64,000 bases of DNA from Octopus sinensis (taxonomy: Eukaryota), in NCBI RefSeq assembly GCF_006345805.1, contig NC_043001.1:96472001-96536000 (forward strand), written 5' to 3'. A program made the position numbers and the translations under genes. The notes beneath the pieces were generated by a model. That model did no database searches. It had not been told where the DNA came from and saw only the letters and a list, made by a program, of their open reading frames with translations. This document shows positions 14,060-29,304 of the stretch, in pieces. How positions within the stretch are numbered: position 1 is the first letter of the stretch; each line of letters starts with the position of its first letter.

Positions 14060-14950
14060 TGGAGTTAGTGCCATCAATCGCAAAAGCTAATTAGCACTTC
14101 ATGTTATCGGCCCCGAAGGAATGTACGGAAAAGTTGACCTCGGCGAAATTTGAACTGAGAATGGAAACAGTCGGAACAACTGTATCACATTATATCCGAT
14201 ATTTTATAATGGTGCCTTAGATACGAGACCAATAATTTCGAGAGGAGGGGCAGCCAATACTAATGATCTCAAGTGCTTGAGATGTATTTTATCGACCCTC
14301 TGAAGGGCGAAAGTAAAGTTGCCCTCCACTATCGCACCAGTGGGAAGCGAACAATATGACATTTAATATGATAAATTATGCAGTGGGCGTCGATTTTGTC
14401 TTTCGTCGTTTCGGGTGTCGATAAGATAAATACCAGTTATTCACTGGAACCGATATAATCGACTTAACTCACTTCCTGAAACTGCGGGCCTTGCGTCGTA
14501 ATTTAATACCAATAATATAATAACTGTTATTTCTTTCTTCCAAAGGCCTGGAATTTCGGTGATGGGGGCTTGTCGATTACATCGAAGCCAATGTTCAACT
14601 GGTGCTAATTTTAACAATCCGGAAAGGATAAAAGGCAAATTTGACATCTGTGGCATTTGAACTCAGAATATAAGTGTAGGAAAGTATGATTCTAAGCATT
14701 TTGTCTGTCACGGTAACGATTCAGCCAGCTCGCCGCTGTGAATTCTTTTCTACTCTAGGCACAAGGCCCGAAATTTTTGGGAAGGGTACCAGTTGATTAG
14801 ATCGACTCCAGTAAGCAATTGGTACTTAATTTATCGACCCCGAAAAGATGAAAGGTAAAGTCGACCTCGGCAGAATTTGCACCCAGAATGTAAAGACAGA
14901 CGAAATGCTGTTAATCATTTTACCGAGGGTGGTAACGTTTTTTTCCTGCT
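14060..14950. mobile_element. Cluster of degenerate SINE family A copies, mostly minus strand
   Basis: Repeated gtcgacctcggc.gaatttgaac(t/c)cagaa and atcgaccccgaaa.gatgaaagg motifs. Confidence 0.7.
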
Positions 14951-15427
14951 TACCTCCTTATAATAATGACTACCTGGCCTCGTGCCGTCAAAAATGACAG
15001 CTAATTGTGGCAGTTTATATCTGAATGGGTACAAAACGAAGTTTTTAATTTAATAATTCTTTTATTACTAATTTTTTTTGTGAAAAATCTATCCGTAACT
15101 AACATCCCTTGACTGCTTGTTTCCCTCAAAAGAACTTTAAAGTTTTCCTTTACGACTTAAGGCCACATAAAGCTGGCCGTGACTAAATACGGGATAGAAT
15201 ATGAATAGTAAATCAAATTAATACATTTGTCAATGTATTGGTTGTCTTTTGAGATGTGACATCGATCATCGTTTGTAACTGAAAGAACGCTGATTCACAC
15301 ATACAAACGTTCACCTACCTTCTTTGTACACGCACACACACACACACATATACTCATACAGAGTTGAAACGCTGTTTGATTTTTCTTTTCAGCGTTGAAT
15401 GTTCACTATCCTAATTCCATTGGACAT

Positions 15428-15486
<59 letters not shown>

Positions 15487-15729
15487 AACAAACATTCACA
15501 CACACGCAAACAAACATTCACACACAGACATTCACATACCTTGCTTTTACATACACACATATAAACTCACACAGAATTGAAACGCTGTTTGATTTTTCCA
15601 CCGTAGAATTTCCATCATCCCACTACCAGTTTGCCATCACCTTATTCATCTATCACCTGAAAACAGCTTTTGAGATATGTGTTGTTACAGTTATTGTTAC
15701 TCTGCTATTATCTGCATAGTTCTTTTCGT

Positions 15730-15960
15730 CTTCTGCTTATCCAAATCCTCTGAGCAGAAAACCCTCAAATGGATCTTATTCCAGTGTACCAACTAGATTT
15801 TTAACCCTACTCTGCCAATATCATTGGTTTTCTGTTTGCTCACACAATGGGGTACAGCCATTGGATAATCTTGTTGTCTTCAGGGCATGGAGGAGTGATA
15901 GCAATCCGACTGCCTATGGAAACCCTATTTAATCTCATGTTCTTGCGTATTAACTTCGTA
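15730..15960 (-). mobile_element. Possible APE endonuclease remnant of a LINE
   Basis: Minus frame with stops gives QEHEIK...TNDIGRVGLKI*LVHWNKI, loosely like the APE QE and GVG motifs. Weak. Confidence 0.3.
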
Positions 15961-17569
15961 TCCTCCCGTATTTGTAATCCAAATTTAATAAGGTATGCAG
16001 GGTAAAATCTATAGCAAAGTTTTTGATTGTGCTTCTGATCTTTCGTCTTCCATGTATTACGGAAACCGCTCTGTCAGTTTTCTCGCCTTGTTCTTAGTCC
16101 TGTATATCAGCTACACACTGCTCTGCGCCCTTCTCCGGTCGATGGCGTGCGCATCCGGGTTTCCTCCAACTCCAGCCTCAAGAGTACGTGGAAGCCCTCA
16201 ATGTATTTTCTCATTGGGTTCTCGGACAAAGAGACCCACCTTTTTATGACATATCTTTCCCATGGTTTTTCTTTTCCCGGAACTGATCCGAATTCTACTC
16301 GCATTGCAAGAAAAAGATGCATTACTTTGGCTGCCTCTGCCTTGGTAGTTAAAATTTACTCTTCCATTACTATTTTTGGTCATTTGTATATGGGAAGATA
16401 AAAATGTCCGCGTCTAAAATTGCATTTGTTTGCTAAATGAATTGTTGTTATTCTTTTCGGTTTATTTAATCTTTTAAAGTCTGTTAATATTTTTTTATTT
16501 TGGATTTATTCGTTGCGCTCTTCATTGTGGCCAGCACTTCATCCCGCTTTCCGAAGCTGGTCATATTGAATCACTTGTAAGCAAGCACAATGGATGTTTG
16601 CAAAAATGTAATAAATGTCTAAAGACGAATTTTATTTTTCACCCCAGAGTAATGGAGTGAACGCTCAAATATTCTAAAGCCCCTTTGTTAGCAAAACAAA
16701 CAACAAAAACTTCTTTTCTATTAAGTAAACGTGGCAAAAATCCAATTTTCCTGGATCTCAGTTACAGGCGTCAGTTCATGACAAACAACAGCAGAATAAC
16801 AAAGCAACAACAACAACAATAACGATGTTAATAAAAACAATATTTATAATAAAATGCACACATATAAAACACACTTCCATACGCAGAAAGACAGACTCAT
16901 GCGCATCTACACAAGCAATTGTAAATGTCTATACACATTCACGCACACATATTCACGTATATATTAAGTTTATGTTTGTAACTATCCTTACATCTCCTTC
17001 CGATATTCGCAGTGCCTCTCTTTCATTCAACACGCATATACACACAAAAGGAAATGTTTAGTTTGAAGAATTATAACGATTTTAATAGCAATCTTTTGTG
17101 AGGTGAAAGTTATTAGAAGCCATCTTGACATGTGACTAGGCAAGAGGTTTCATGTCAGGTGATTTCGTCTTGCATAGAAGTTTACTCTCAGCTAATGCCT
17201 TTATTCTTTTAACCACTATATAATCTATCATTAATTTTCTGAAGCACATCAAAGCTTGGGATGCTTAACAACGTTGTATTAGGTGGATAAGTGGCAAGTT
17301 TCCGGTTGGATAATACGGCAGGTCAGTCAATCCTAAGTAAATTTTCAAAAAGCCAGGTGTATTTTCTTCATCTTCAGGCGAACCTACTATTATCGCCTTT
17401 GTTATTCATGCTTTCAGAAATTTATCAAGAGTTTCCTTCCTTACATAAATAAGAATGAGCAACATTCTTAGAAACACAAACAAAAATCTTCAAGGTTATG
17501 GCTAATGCCTTATCAATATTTATTGAGCATAACATTGATGTTTTATAGTAAGTGCTCATCTTTCATCTT

Positions 17570-18222
17570 ACACTTATTACAGTTATTGGGCCGCGGTCAT
17601 GCTGGGGCACCACCTTAAAGGGTTTTCGTCGAACAAAATGCCCCCACTCCGGTACTTCTTTTAAAGTTTGGTACATATTCTATTGGACACTTTTGCCTAG
17701 CTGTTATGCAGCGGCGACGTAAACAAGCCAACACCGGTTGGCGGTCTGTGGTGGAAAATAAATACACAAACACATATACACTCATACAAATATGTTTATA
17801 TGTATGTATGTATATATATATATATATACCTCTCGCTCTCTCTTTATATATATATATTCTTTTATATTTTTATTTGTTTCAGTCATTTGACTTCAACCAT
17901 GCTGGAGCACCGTCTTTAGTTAAGCAAATGACCCCGAGATATATTCTTTGTAAGCCTAGTACTTATTCTATCGTTCTCTTTTGCTGAATCGCTAACTTAC
18001 AGGGAGGTAAGGAAACCAGCATCGGTTGTCAAACGATGTTGGGGGGCACAAACACACACACGCACAAATATATACATATACATATATACGACGGGCTTCT
18101 TTCAGTTTCCGTCTACCAAATCTATAGTAGAAGACACTTGTCCAAGGTGCCACGCAATGGGACTGAACCCGGAACAATGTGGTTCGTAAGCAAGCTACTT
18201 ACCACAAAGCCACTCCTACGCC
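17570..18222 (-). mobile_element. Two adjacent SINE family B copies (one partial)
   Basis: Reverse-complement tails (gtcatgctggggcaccacc; gtttcagtcatttgac) and head ccactcctacgcctat. Confidence 0.75.
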
Positions 18223-18573
18223 TATGTCTATCTATTCTGATTCAGGAGTCTCATTATGTATTTCTTACTACTATATCTCCTGAAATACTAGAATTTTGCA
18301 CATAATATAGAAACATATTAGCTTACGTTTCGCTATCGCGCCTAACTTCGTACGGCACCCTTTCAGCAGATTAATACGAGCTGAGGGTGGGGGTGGGGTA
18401 GTTGTGGTAATAAGTGGGATTGGGATGAAAGTTTCAGAAACGTCTCGGAAAACGAATTTCATCATCATCGTCAACATCATCATCGTCGTCGTTGTCGTCA
18501 TCACCGTCGTCGTTGTCGTCGTCGCCGTCATCATCGTCATCATCATCATCATCACCATCACCATCACCATCAC

Positions 18574-18608
<35 letters not shown>

Positions 18609-18926
18609 CAAGCAGCAAGTAGTACGAACGAGCGATCATTTTACGTTTTCGTTCATCCTGCTTCAAAAAAGTAAGTACCCAGTTACACTTCAAACCAGAT
18701 CCCACGGCACATTAAACAATATACTCTCGATATTTATTTCCATCCTGCAGAAGTTGATTTGGTCACGCCTGGAATGTTTTCATCCAGCATAGTATCAGCA
18801 AGCTTAAGGCTGACGAATGGCGCGTTTAAGACCAAACAATGACAACAACTGACCAATGACAATAACAAATAGAACAACAACGAAACCGAAGATTGGGAAT
18901 CCCTTTCTACTAGCTTCAGCAGTATA

Positions 18927-19110
18927 TCTATTATATAAAATCCGTTCTGTCTGTGTGTGTGTGCCTTCTAGTATCTCGGGCATCCTCCATCCGATTGCGC
19001 TCAAATTTGATATGTAGATACCGACGGTGTCAGGGCGTGTATAAGTCTTGAAAAAATTACAAAAATCGATTCCAGGTGAGAATGCGATCGATAAAGCCGT
19101 CAGAACGTGC
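18927..19110 (+). mobile_element. Probable 5' fragment of a non-autonomous Helitron
   Basis: Starts TCtattatataaaa...tctgtctgtgtgtg. Shares ccgatt..aaa.ttga and aaaatcgat motifs with the Helitron at 62706. No 3' CTAG found. Confidence 0.45.
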
Positions 19111-19191
19111 ATTTGTATAATCGTTTTTCTTTGAATAGAAAAAGTCTATCTTTATTTCTTCTTTTGCTGGTGTCTCAAATTTAGGTTAAAT

Positions 19192-19920
19192 CAGTGTTTC
19201 TCAAAGGGGAGTCTTATGTGACGGTCGGACAAGTTGTTTTGAGAAAATTTGGTTTAAATGTTTGACAGTTAATAATTAATGTATTTAGCACCACTCAAAA
19301 AGGAACTACATTTCTATTAGCTATGTGGTAAGCACTCAATGGCTGTGATATGTATTGCTGGAAATTTGAGATGCTGAAGCGGCTTCAATCCCGTGCTGAA
19401 ATCGATTCACTACATTTCAGCTTTCACACTGATACCTATGGACAAGGCATAAATGCCACAACTTCCTAATTTTTCTCCTACTTTTAAAATATCGCGCGCT
19501 CGTGCTTCACAAAACAGAAACAAGACTTTCATTACTTCCTGTTAAAGGAACGAAACTAACAACAGCGCCGTCTTCAGGATAAGAGCCTGAGCAGTGTTGT
19601 AATCATCTTTATAAACACAACAGCCTACACCGCCGCCGCTACCGGTGTCACCACCACTACCACCACCACCACACCACCACCACCGTCGCCGCCGCCGCCG
19701 CCGCCACCACCACCACCGGCATCAGCAGCAACAACAATAGCATTTCTAATAAAACCAAAAACATTTTTCATCATGGCAGCTGCAGCTATGGCGTCATAAT
19801 TCAAACGAGGACAGCTGAAGAAAATCAACTAGTTTGACGTATTGAAAAATAAAAATAACAATAAAATAAATTAATGAAGAAAGCAAATATAATATAATGA
19901 TAAAATATAATAAAAAATAA

Positions 19921-19967
<47 letters not shown>

Positions 19968-21296
19968 TGTATGTATGTATGTATGTATGTATGTATGTAT
20001 ATGCATGCGTATATATTTATGTGTGTATGCGTGTATGTGTGTGTTTTATGAATATGTATTCTGTGTCTAATATATGTCATTTCACCAAATGTACTTTGAC
20101 TGAATATTTTAGCACATTTAAAGAATATACAGAAGCCAACAAACATAGAAATAACCCAAACAAAATATAAAAGAAAATTTACAGAAAACATATATGAAGA
20201 ATCTTTTCTGCCCGCTCGAAACAAACAAAAGCTAACCAAATTAAGATAAATAAGTAATAAGAAAAATAGATTTTCAAAATATGTTTTCTCGAGTTTTCAA
20301 ATATATTTTATATTTCATTATAAATTTTGACGCGACTGCTATTTTGATATGGCGGGTTTTAGGATAAGATAGTGAATGATATTTCAAGAATAAGTCAGAA
20401 AAATATGTACATCATATTAAATGTTGTAGTCATATAGTCTGCATATCAAGTTTGAATATTTAAAGCAGTAAACTACGTTTTCGTTTTGACTAGATATACA
20501 TTTTTGTTTTGATTTTGAAAGAATGCAGCGGATTTGTGAAAACTTGAAAGAAATGAATTGATTCTACTCTACTGCAATGGTTCTCATCTATTTTTGTTTT
20601 GTATATGGACCTCTTTGATTTCTATTTTATTCCAGTGGACCTTCGTAGCCATTGGATGTCTAAAAGAAACCTTATTGTTTATTTATAATTAGACTAGCTA
20701 TTTTGACTCGTACTTCGCTCGGGTTTTGGTGGTGGTGTTGTTTTGTGTTGTTTTCCCTTTCCCTTCTTTTGTTCTTCTTCTTTGCCTGGTTCTTTTTTAT
20801 TGCCCTCTTCTTTACCCCGATTTCCAATATCCTCCACATTTTTACACCCACAATTAAAGATAACCGCCTCTAGCCCCTGCAGCAACAAGAAAAGCCACCA
20901 TTATTTAAACAGCGCAACCTGTCTATCCCATAAAACTCAATTTTTCCCATATTCCTCACCATGGCAACGAAACGATAGCCCCTAGCGACTTGCCACCCCC
21001 CTCACACCATTGCCCACCCCATTTTACCCTCAGTGTAAATTTTGGCGCCAATCCGACCCCATTTACCGTCTCTTAAACCGTTCCCATCCCCAAAATGAGA
21101 CAAATAACAAAGAAATCAAACAACTTTTTCGCATTTCAGCTTTATAGATATTGATATTATTAGGAACTGCACAAGAAAATTGTTAAAATGTTTGGTGTAT
21201 TCTAGAAGTATAACCAATTTTTTGCGCATAAATTTTAAGAGCAAAATCTTATATGGGCCCCCGAAGGATCCCATAAACCCCGGCGGAGAATCACTG
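19192..21296. mobile_element. Candidate hAT-like element boundaries (TIR-like ends) enclosing microsatellites and a Helitron
   Basis: cagtgtttctc..gggg at 19192 versus cccc..gagaatcactg ending at 21296, typical of hAT/Charlie-type termini. The 8-bp flanks (ggttaaat vs atctgttg) do not match, so the two ends may be unrelated. Confidence 0.35.
20694..21154 (-). mobile_element. Non-autonomous Helitron
   Basis: The minus strand ends ...cccgagcgaagtacgag-tcaaaatag-CTAG|T (degenerate hairpin plus CTAG) and begins TC..ataaagctgaaat near 21148-21154. Confidence 0.65.
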
Positions 21297-21419
21297 ATCT
21301 GTTGGATATGAAATGTTAACGTGTGCTAAAAAAGTTGGGCTGTTGAATTACCGGCACAGTTCATTGGCATCTATACAGCTGCTTTGTAATCTATTTATCT
21401 CATAAGATTTGTGACAATT

Positions 21420-21738
21420 ATTCTGGCACACCGTCGATTACGACGATAAGTGTTGCAGATGATCAACGGAACTGTTTGCTCGTGAAATTAACGTGCAAGT
21501 GAGTTAAGTACCCCACAGACACACACACCCATAACGTAGTTCTCAGGGAGATTCGGCGTGACATAGAACGTTGCACGATTGTCCCTTTGAATTACAAGAA
21601 CAACTCGTTTTCGTCAGCTACGTCGACTGGAGTAACATGAAATAAAGTGTTTTACTGAAGGATACAACGCACCACCGGGAATCGAACTTACCACCTTACG
21701 ATTGTGAGTTGATTACCTTAAACACTTAAGCCATGAGC
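21420..21738 (-). mobile_element. tRNA-derived SINE, third family (C)
   Basis: Minus-strand head ggctcatggcttaagtg..ggtaagttcgattcccggtgg (A/B-box-like), with a body unlike families A and B. Confidence 0.6.
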
Positions 21739-22240
21739 CTTCAATTAGAAGCTATGAGAAATGCACTTGCTACCCTGAAAGCAAACCCAAGACGTTTTCC
21801 AGGTTGTAAAACGAACTTCTTAACTATGCCAATCTGCGCGTGCACACGCATTTATACAGTGGGCTTCTTTGAGTTTCCATCTACCGAATTCCCTGACAAG
21901 GTTTTGGTCGACCCGTGGCTATAGTAGAAAACATTTTTCCAAGGTGCCACGTAGGGAGACTGAACTTGGAAGCATAGGATTTTCATTCTTGTATTTTAAT
22001 TGCATAGAAATCAAATTTGAATCTTAATATGAATTTGTTGTTGATTCGATTCAATTCCTCCTCTACTTTCGATAGATAATCAATTTCGATTTATCCTATG
22101 ACAACATATAAACATATTTAAAAAAAAATTAAATATGAAATTTCACTTCTAAAACAAACAAATTTATTATTAGCGACGGAAACACTTTTAGTGCAGAATA
22201 GTATGCTGTATGTTTTATTTTGCCTAGATATTTAGTAGCA

Positions 22241-22652
22241 GGCTCCGAGATGGCTGAAACGTCAACACGCCGGGCGAAATGCGTAGCCGTATTTCGTCTG
22301 ACGTTACGTTCTGAGTTCAAATTCCACCGAGGTCGACTTTGCCTTTCATCCTTAAGGGGTCGATAAATTAAGTATCAGTTACGCACTGGGGTCGATATAA
22401 TCGACTTAATCCGTTTGTTGTCCATGTTTGTCCTCTCTGTGTTTAGCCCCTTGTGGGTAGCAAAGAAATAGGTATTGTGCCTGCCGCTACGTTCTGAGTT
22501 CAAATTCCGTCGAGGTCGACTTTGCCTTTCATCCTTTCGGGGTCAATAAATTAAATACCAGATACGCACTGGTGTCGATATAATCGACTTAATCCGTTTG
22601 TCTGTCCTTGTTTGTCCCCTCTATGTTTAGCCCCTGTGGGTAATAAAGAATT
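22241..22652 (+). mobile_element. Head-to-tail SINE family A dimer
   Basis: Two consecutive copies, each with gttctgagttcaaattcc...gtgggta(g/a)(c/t)aaagaa tails. The second is 5'-truncated. Confidence 0.85.
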
Positions 22653-23499
22653 AGATATTCAGTAGAAAGCCACACAACTGCGGTATTCTTCACGAGTAAA
22701 ACCTCTCGTATAGACGTATAGTGCTAAAAGGTACAGAGGTATATCAGTAGTTGCCGAAAAACACCGCGTAGCGGCGATTCACTTATTATATATGGATTTC
22801 TGCATCATTGAGCGTCATCAGTAACAAATGCTCACTAGCGACCATATGCTTAGGGGAATTTAGCATCTACTGTTATACAAAAAAGTGATTAACATATCAC
22901 TGGTGTCGCAATATCCAGCAAGCCGGGTAGAAATATTTTTATTTCAAAATAGTAATCTGTATATATTACTTAACGTGGATATACTATAGAAAGCTAGAAT
23001 ATATTCTTAAAGCAATTAATATTAAAATATTACAACAGACTTTGAAAGAAATCGAATCGAATGGAACTGGAATATTTATCGTTGTTTGAAAACGATTTGA
23101 TAAATGAAATATACAAAGAAGCTTCATCGAATTAACGCTGAGCGACTGACCTTTAAACTAACAAATACTTATATTTGCCAAAATTATTCATTGCCAGAGG
23201 TTTCCATTAAAAACTTTCTGAAATAAAATTAGATAGTTGTCACTTCCGGGACAATATCGGTGACCTCAAATTTATAAAGGGAAAACACAAGAGAGAAGGA
23301 AAAAGAGAAGACGAGAGACAGAGATAGGGAAAATGATAAAATAGTTCTATACTTATGTACGAAAGACAGAAAAGTGACGTAGAGAGGGGGGTGAAAAAGA
23401 GAGTGAGAGAGAGAAATGGGATTGTGAAAGTAGGAGCGACGGTAGTAGAAAGATTAAGAGAGAAGGAAGGGAGTAGGGGATAGATAGAATAGAGAAAAA

Positions 23500-23649
23500 A
23501 TGGAGAAGTGTATACATACGCACACATTTGTATATATATATATCCCTTTTCTATTCCTTTTCTAACGCACACATACACACATATATACACAAACACGCAC
23601 ACATACACGCACATCGCACACACACAATCATATATACACATGCATATGT

Positions 23650-23694
<45 letters not shown>

Positions 23695-24081
23695 CACATA
23701 CACATACACACACACATATATATATACATATACAAAACTATATAAATATGTATATGTACGTATTTATACATATATGAGCGTATATGTATGTAAATTCTAT
23801 GTGTATACATAACTATTTACAAACTTATACATGCATGTATATATATACATGTGTATATGTACCTATATTCATTCACACTTATATACATATATTAAACGCA
23901 TACGTATATATATGTAAATATATATATGTATGTGTGTCTTAATATACATATATGTGCGTGTAAATATAAATAAATGTTAAAGTTTAGCTTTCATATATAC
24001 ATATAGTTATATGTTTATATATATACATATATATGTATATATATGTATCTATATATATATGTATATATATATATATATCGT

Positions 24082-24112
<31 letters not shown>

Positions 24113-24225
24113 CAATCTATTTGCGTGCCTATTAATCAATTCTTTTTCTTTCCCTCCTCATTTCATCGCTCTTTCTCTGCATTATGTGTATATGTAAATG
24201 GTGTGTATGATGACACCAATAAATC

Positions 24226-24278
<53 letters not shown>

Positions 24279-24290
24279 ACACATACAACA

Positions 24291-24356
<66 letters not shown>

Positions 24357-25120
24357 GCTTGCGGAAGAAACAGAGAGACAGTAGTTAGTCGTGAAAAAAA
24401 GAAAAAGGCAAGAAAAAGATATAAATAAATAAATAAATAACGTGGAATTATGTTGAAAGAATCTAATGGGATCAGTCGAGGATACAAGAGAAGAAAAGGG
24501 TCTTTTGAAATGAGTGAAAGGGGTCACTGAGACGGAAGAATGAATGTGATGCTGAAGAATGGGAAACTGTTAGAGGGTAAAAAAAATAAATAATTATAGC
24601 AAAGGAAATAAGGAAATCTCAGTGATTGATTGAAAGGATGAGGTGATCGACCAGTTTTAAGCAGACGTATAGATGGACAGACGAGGTGTATATAGACAGC
24701 TAGATCAGGTATAACGATTGAATAACAAAACTTTGTATAGGTATCGTCTCTTTTATTTCTTCTGCCATTCTCTCTCTCTCTCTCTCTTTCACTTACTCCG
24801 ACCTCTTCATTTATTTCCTTCATCATCTCTGTCATTCATGGCCATACATACATGGCGTTACACATAGTTGATGGAATTGTACTGGAGCAAAACACATACA
24901 TACGTACATACATAGATACATCTATCCATACATAGGTACATACATCCATACACGCGTGCGAGCATAAGAACAGGCGAATGAATATACCTAAGACGGCTGG
25001 CAAACATATTGTCTTACTATTTCTCTCACAAGTACATTCACAGCTACATAAAATTTTTTGTATGTTTGTATCACACGCACAACGCAGGCATACATGAACA
25101 CACATACACAGACACACACA

Positions 25121-25169
<49 letters not shown>

Positions 25170-25257
25170 ACACATACACATATCTATCTATCAATCAATC
25201 TATCTATCGTTCTATCGATCTATCTATCTTTCTATCCATCAATCCATATTTCTATCC

Positions 25258-25295
<38 letters not shown>

Positions 25296-25341
25296 ATATC
25301 TATCTATCTATCTATCATCTATCTATCTATCTATCTATCAA

Positions 25342-25390
<49 letters not shown>

Positions 25391-25417
25391 CATACATACA
25401 TATATATATATACATAC

Positions 25418-25452
<35 letters not shown>

Positions 25453-25492
25453 CATACATATATACATATATACATATATACATGCATGCATA

Positions 25493-25552
<60 letters not shown>

Positions 25553-25586
25553 CATGCATGTATTATATGTATATATGTATATATGT

Positions 25587-25670
<84 letters not shown>

Positions 25671-26023
25671 GTATGTATAATTCTGATAATCATATAAACA
25701 CAGAAAATAAAAGGTGTGTTAATACATAGGATGAATGGTAATAATAAAAAGACAAAAAAAAAAAACTATGAAAAAAAAAACATTGCACTGTTAATAGAAC
25801 GTCAAATGAGAGGAAGGGAGAAACCAGTGACTGAATCATTTAAGATAAAAGTGAAAGACAAAAACAAACGATAAAAAGATGCTAAAACCTGACAATAAAA
25901 AAAAAATTAGAAAATAAACTTGAAGAAATAAATCGCGTAGCATAATGTTTAGTTGCGTGTGTGTTTGTACATTTAAGCGTATATGTAGATACATATGTAT
26001 GCATATCTATCTATCTATCTATG

Positions 26024-26108
<85 letters not shown>

Positions 26109-26109
26109 G

Positions 26110-26150
<41 letters not shown>

Positions 26151-26430
26151 GTATCCCTCCCTCTATGTATCTATCAATCTCTGTGTGTGTATGTCATGAT
26201 ATATATTGTCTACATACATACATGTATATATATATATATAGATATATCTATAGGTATATACACGTTCCTGTGTATATTTATGTGTATATTTTTACTTATA
26301 TGCATGTATGTGCGTGTATATGTTGGAATATCTACACACAGACATACACACACATACACACGCACACACGCACACACACGCACACACAAACAACACACAC
26401 GCACGCACGCATGCACACAACTACATGCAG
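23500..26430. repeat. Dense compound microsatellite field (TA, CA, TATC, TC, CATA)
   Basis: Directly visible. It generates the spurious YI, HT and LSIY ORFs. Confidence 0.95.
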
Positions 26431-28068
26431 GTTTTACTTGATGTTAAGAATTCTCTTCTTGAACTAAAAAATCCTAGGAAAAAAGTTTTAAAGTTAATGA
26501 AACTTTTTCTTAGAAAGGGCAAGGGAAATAAGCGAAGGTTTCTACCAGATAAGAACCAAATTTAATGAATGTAGGTTTTGAGGAAATTGAGCTTACTGTG
26601 TGTATAAAGTGGTATCCCCTTCATTTGGCAGAATATAGTTAATAACTTTATTTTTTTGAGTGACATTAACAATTTTTATGTGAGTTGTTTGAGACAGCTG
26701 GTGTTTTTCACTTGCCAATTTTTATTCATATTTTGGCATTAAAGAAAAGAGAAACGCTGTTTTACATTCCACAATGCCTTGGTGGAAAGAAATGAAGTCC
26801 CAGGAGTAAAATAAACTGATTTTATTACTAGAAATATGTCACAAATGAATTTAAAACCTCTAACTACCAGTTATGTAAAAAGAGTAGTAATATTATTGAA
26901 ATTTCAACTTCACGTAGTAGCAAATTTGAATCAATATGAACTTTTGGTTCACTATTTCATTATTTGTAACTGTTTATTGCTAATGTTTAGCTTCTGTACG
27001 ACCCTAGTCAAACAAACATACGATAAAATATAAGACAGTCATCATGTATCTGGGACTACAATATCGAACACATCTTCTCTTTTATAAAATAATAGTTTGT
27101 TTGAAAGAGGTTTACCTGCTATTTCAAGCATGTTGAAGGATCATTCAGAGGCGTCCTTGTTGACTAGTTTCCCCTATAACTCGTTTTGTCTCACAGGAGG
27201 TAGAAAGGAGGCAAGAATGTGTTAGATCTAGATGCAGTTCAGAATACACTTTAAAAGATATAAAGTCACCATTTCTTGTTCAATTATTGGTGAAATTACG
27301 TGAAATTTCTTTGGATATAATGGAGATATACAAGCCAATTTGTTTGTGTAAGAGCACCACACGACCATAGATTTACTTATTCAAGCACCAGTTAGTTCTG
27401 TCAAAGCTACCCACTGTACTTCACCATCAAGCACCTCATATCCATAATTTAAAATCTAAACAGAATGAAGCTGGAATAGGAGGATCTTATTTAAACATGT
27501 ATAACGATGTGAAAATCGCCGTTGTTAATGATGATGAACTTCCGGCTTTTTCATAGTAATCGCATCAAAGACTACAGGAAAATAACCAAAGTCAAACTGA
27601 ATAAATTTACATAATTACAATTACTCCCACTTAATATTGTTAATCCAGTCAATTACGACAATATTATTCTTTCATAATGCTATGATATTAATAACAGCAT
27701 GGAGTTTTAGAAATACTAAAACGAACCTGTTCTTTGCAAGATTCCGGTCTTCTCATTGTAGCCTTTCAAGGGTTATTCGGGGTTTATGTATTTTGGTAAA
27801 AACTGTATCCGGTGAATCGATATCGATTTTTAGATACCATATATTGATTTTTCTTTAATTTAGTTGTATATGTTTCTGATGAAACTTTCGCATATCTTGC
27901 CAGTGTCTTATTCGATTCATTTGCCTTTTGTTTCGTACACACAGAGACTCACGCACGCACACACACCACACACACTTGTGTGTGTATATATGTATGTATG
28001 TATATATATATATACACACACACATATATATATATATATATTATATATATACATACACACGCAAACAT

Positions 28069-28116
<48 letters not shown>

Positions 28117-29151
28117 ATAGATATATATATATACATACACACACATACGCACTCACACACACATATATGTGTATATATAATATATATACATACATACACA
28201 TAATACATATATGTAGGGGTGTGTTTATAATTTTGTAGTAAAGTATATAATAATATTAAAACATCGCTGTATTTGGATATAGAAATCACAATATCGGATG
28301 GCAATTGTTTCTGGAATTAATTTCAATGGGGCTTAAATATTACGTGTTTTATCAATGTTGCAGGGATTCTACTTATTTCTTTATTTTTATTCGAAATTTT
28401 CTACTTCTTTATGAACAAGTCATTTCCGTGTCTTAAAGCTGAACGATCTTTCTATATGCTTACACACATCTCTACATTCACGCGTACATGCACATGTAAA
28501 GAGTATATGCATATTTCGCGAATTTGTATATGTGTGTGCGTGTGTGTATGTACAAAACATGAGCTGTAGAACGATAGCAAACGAGTGTAGTAGAAGGAAT
28601 ATGCGAAACGTGATTAATAGTAATTTTTACACCAGTCTTAAATTATATTTCTTTTTACCCTTACAAATTAAATTCAACTTGCAAATATTTACTTGTTTGG
28701 TTTTAATTAACCCCTTAATGTTGGATTAATTGTTATTGGCAAACCTCTCCTCCGCCTCTTTTTATGTGAGAAAGTTAGCCATATTTGTTATGTCTTGCTG
28801 AGATCTCGTTTGCAATACAGTATGGCTGCTCACTGCGTTTTAGCTCACATCTTTCAAGTCATTAATGCTTTTAGAAACACCGTGACTTCTAAGCATTTCA
28901 GCGGTGTGACATGGTGTAATGGCGGTGATGGTAGTAGCATATGAGTATGTACGTGCATTTGAGAGTGTGTGTGTGCGGTTGTATGCGCAATTGGACGCTT
29001 GTGCATACATACTTTAGTTTAATGAGATTGACTGCGCTCTGCGAATCATAACACGTTTACACGTTAATCGTATAGAGCTTCTAATGAACTGTGAAAGGGT
29101 AGTGAGTCTATGATTGATGCGAGCATGTTTATATGCTTGTGCATGTAAATG

Positions 29152-29244
<93 letters not shown>

Positions 29245-29265
29245 TTTCTGTTATTTTCTCTCATT

Positions 29266-29304
29266 CCTTTCTGTTGAAGTGCGTAGGCTCGAAATGTAAA
29301 GAAC
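29266..29304 (+). ncRNA. Degenerate Penelope-type hammerhead motif (copy 1)
   Basis: ccttt-CTGTTGA-a-gtgc-gtag-gctc-GAAA-tgtA-aagaac. Stem II has a mismatch and the stem III palindrome is broken. Confidence 0.4.

Noticed and set aside
19625-19740. GC-rich (CCA/CCG/CAG)n run as a poly-Gly/Ala/Pro coding exon
   Set aside because: No flanking non-repetitive coding sequence or splice context. Similar mixed triplet runs (18460-18610, 51840-52070) are scattered through the window.
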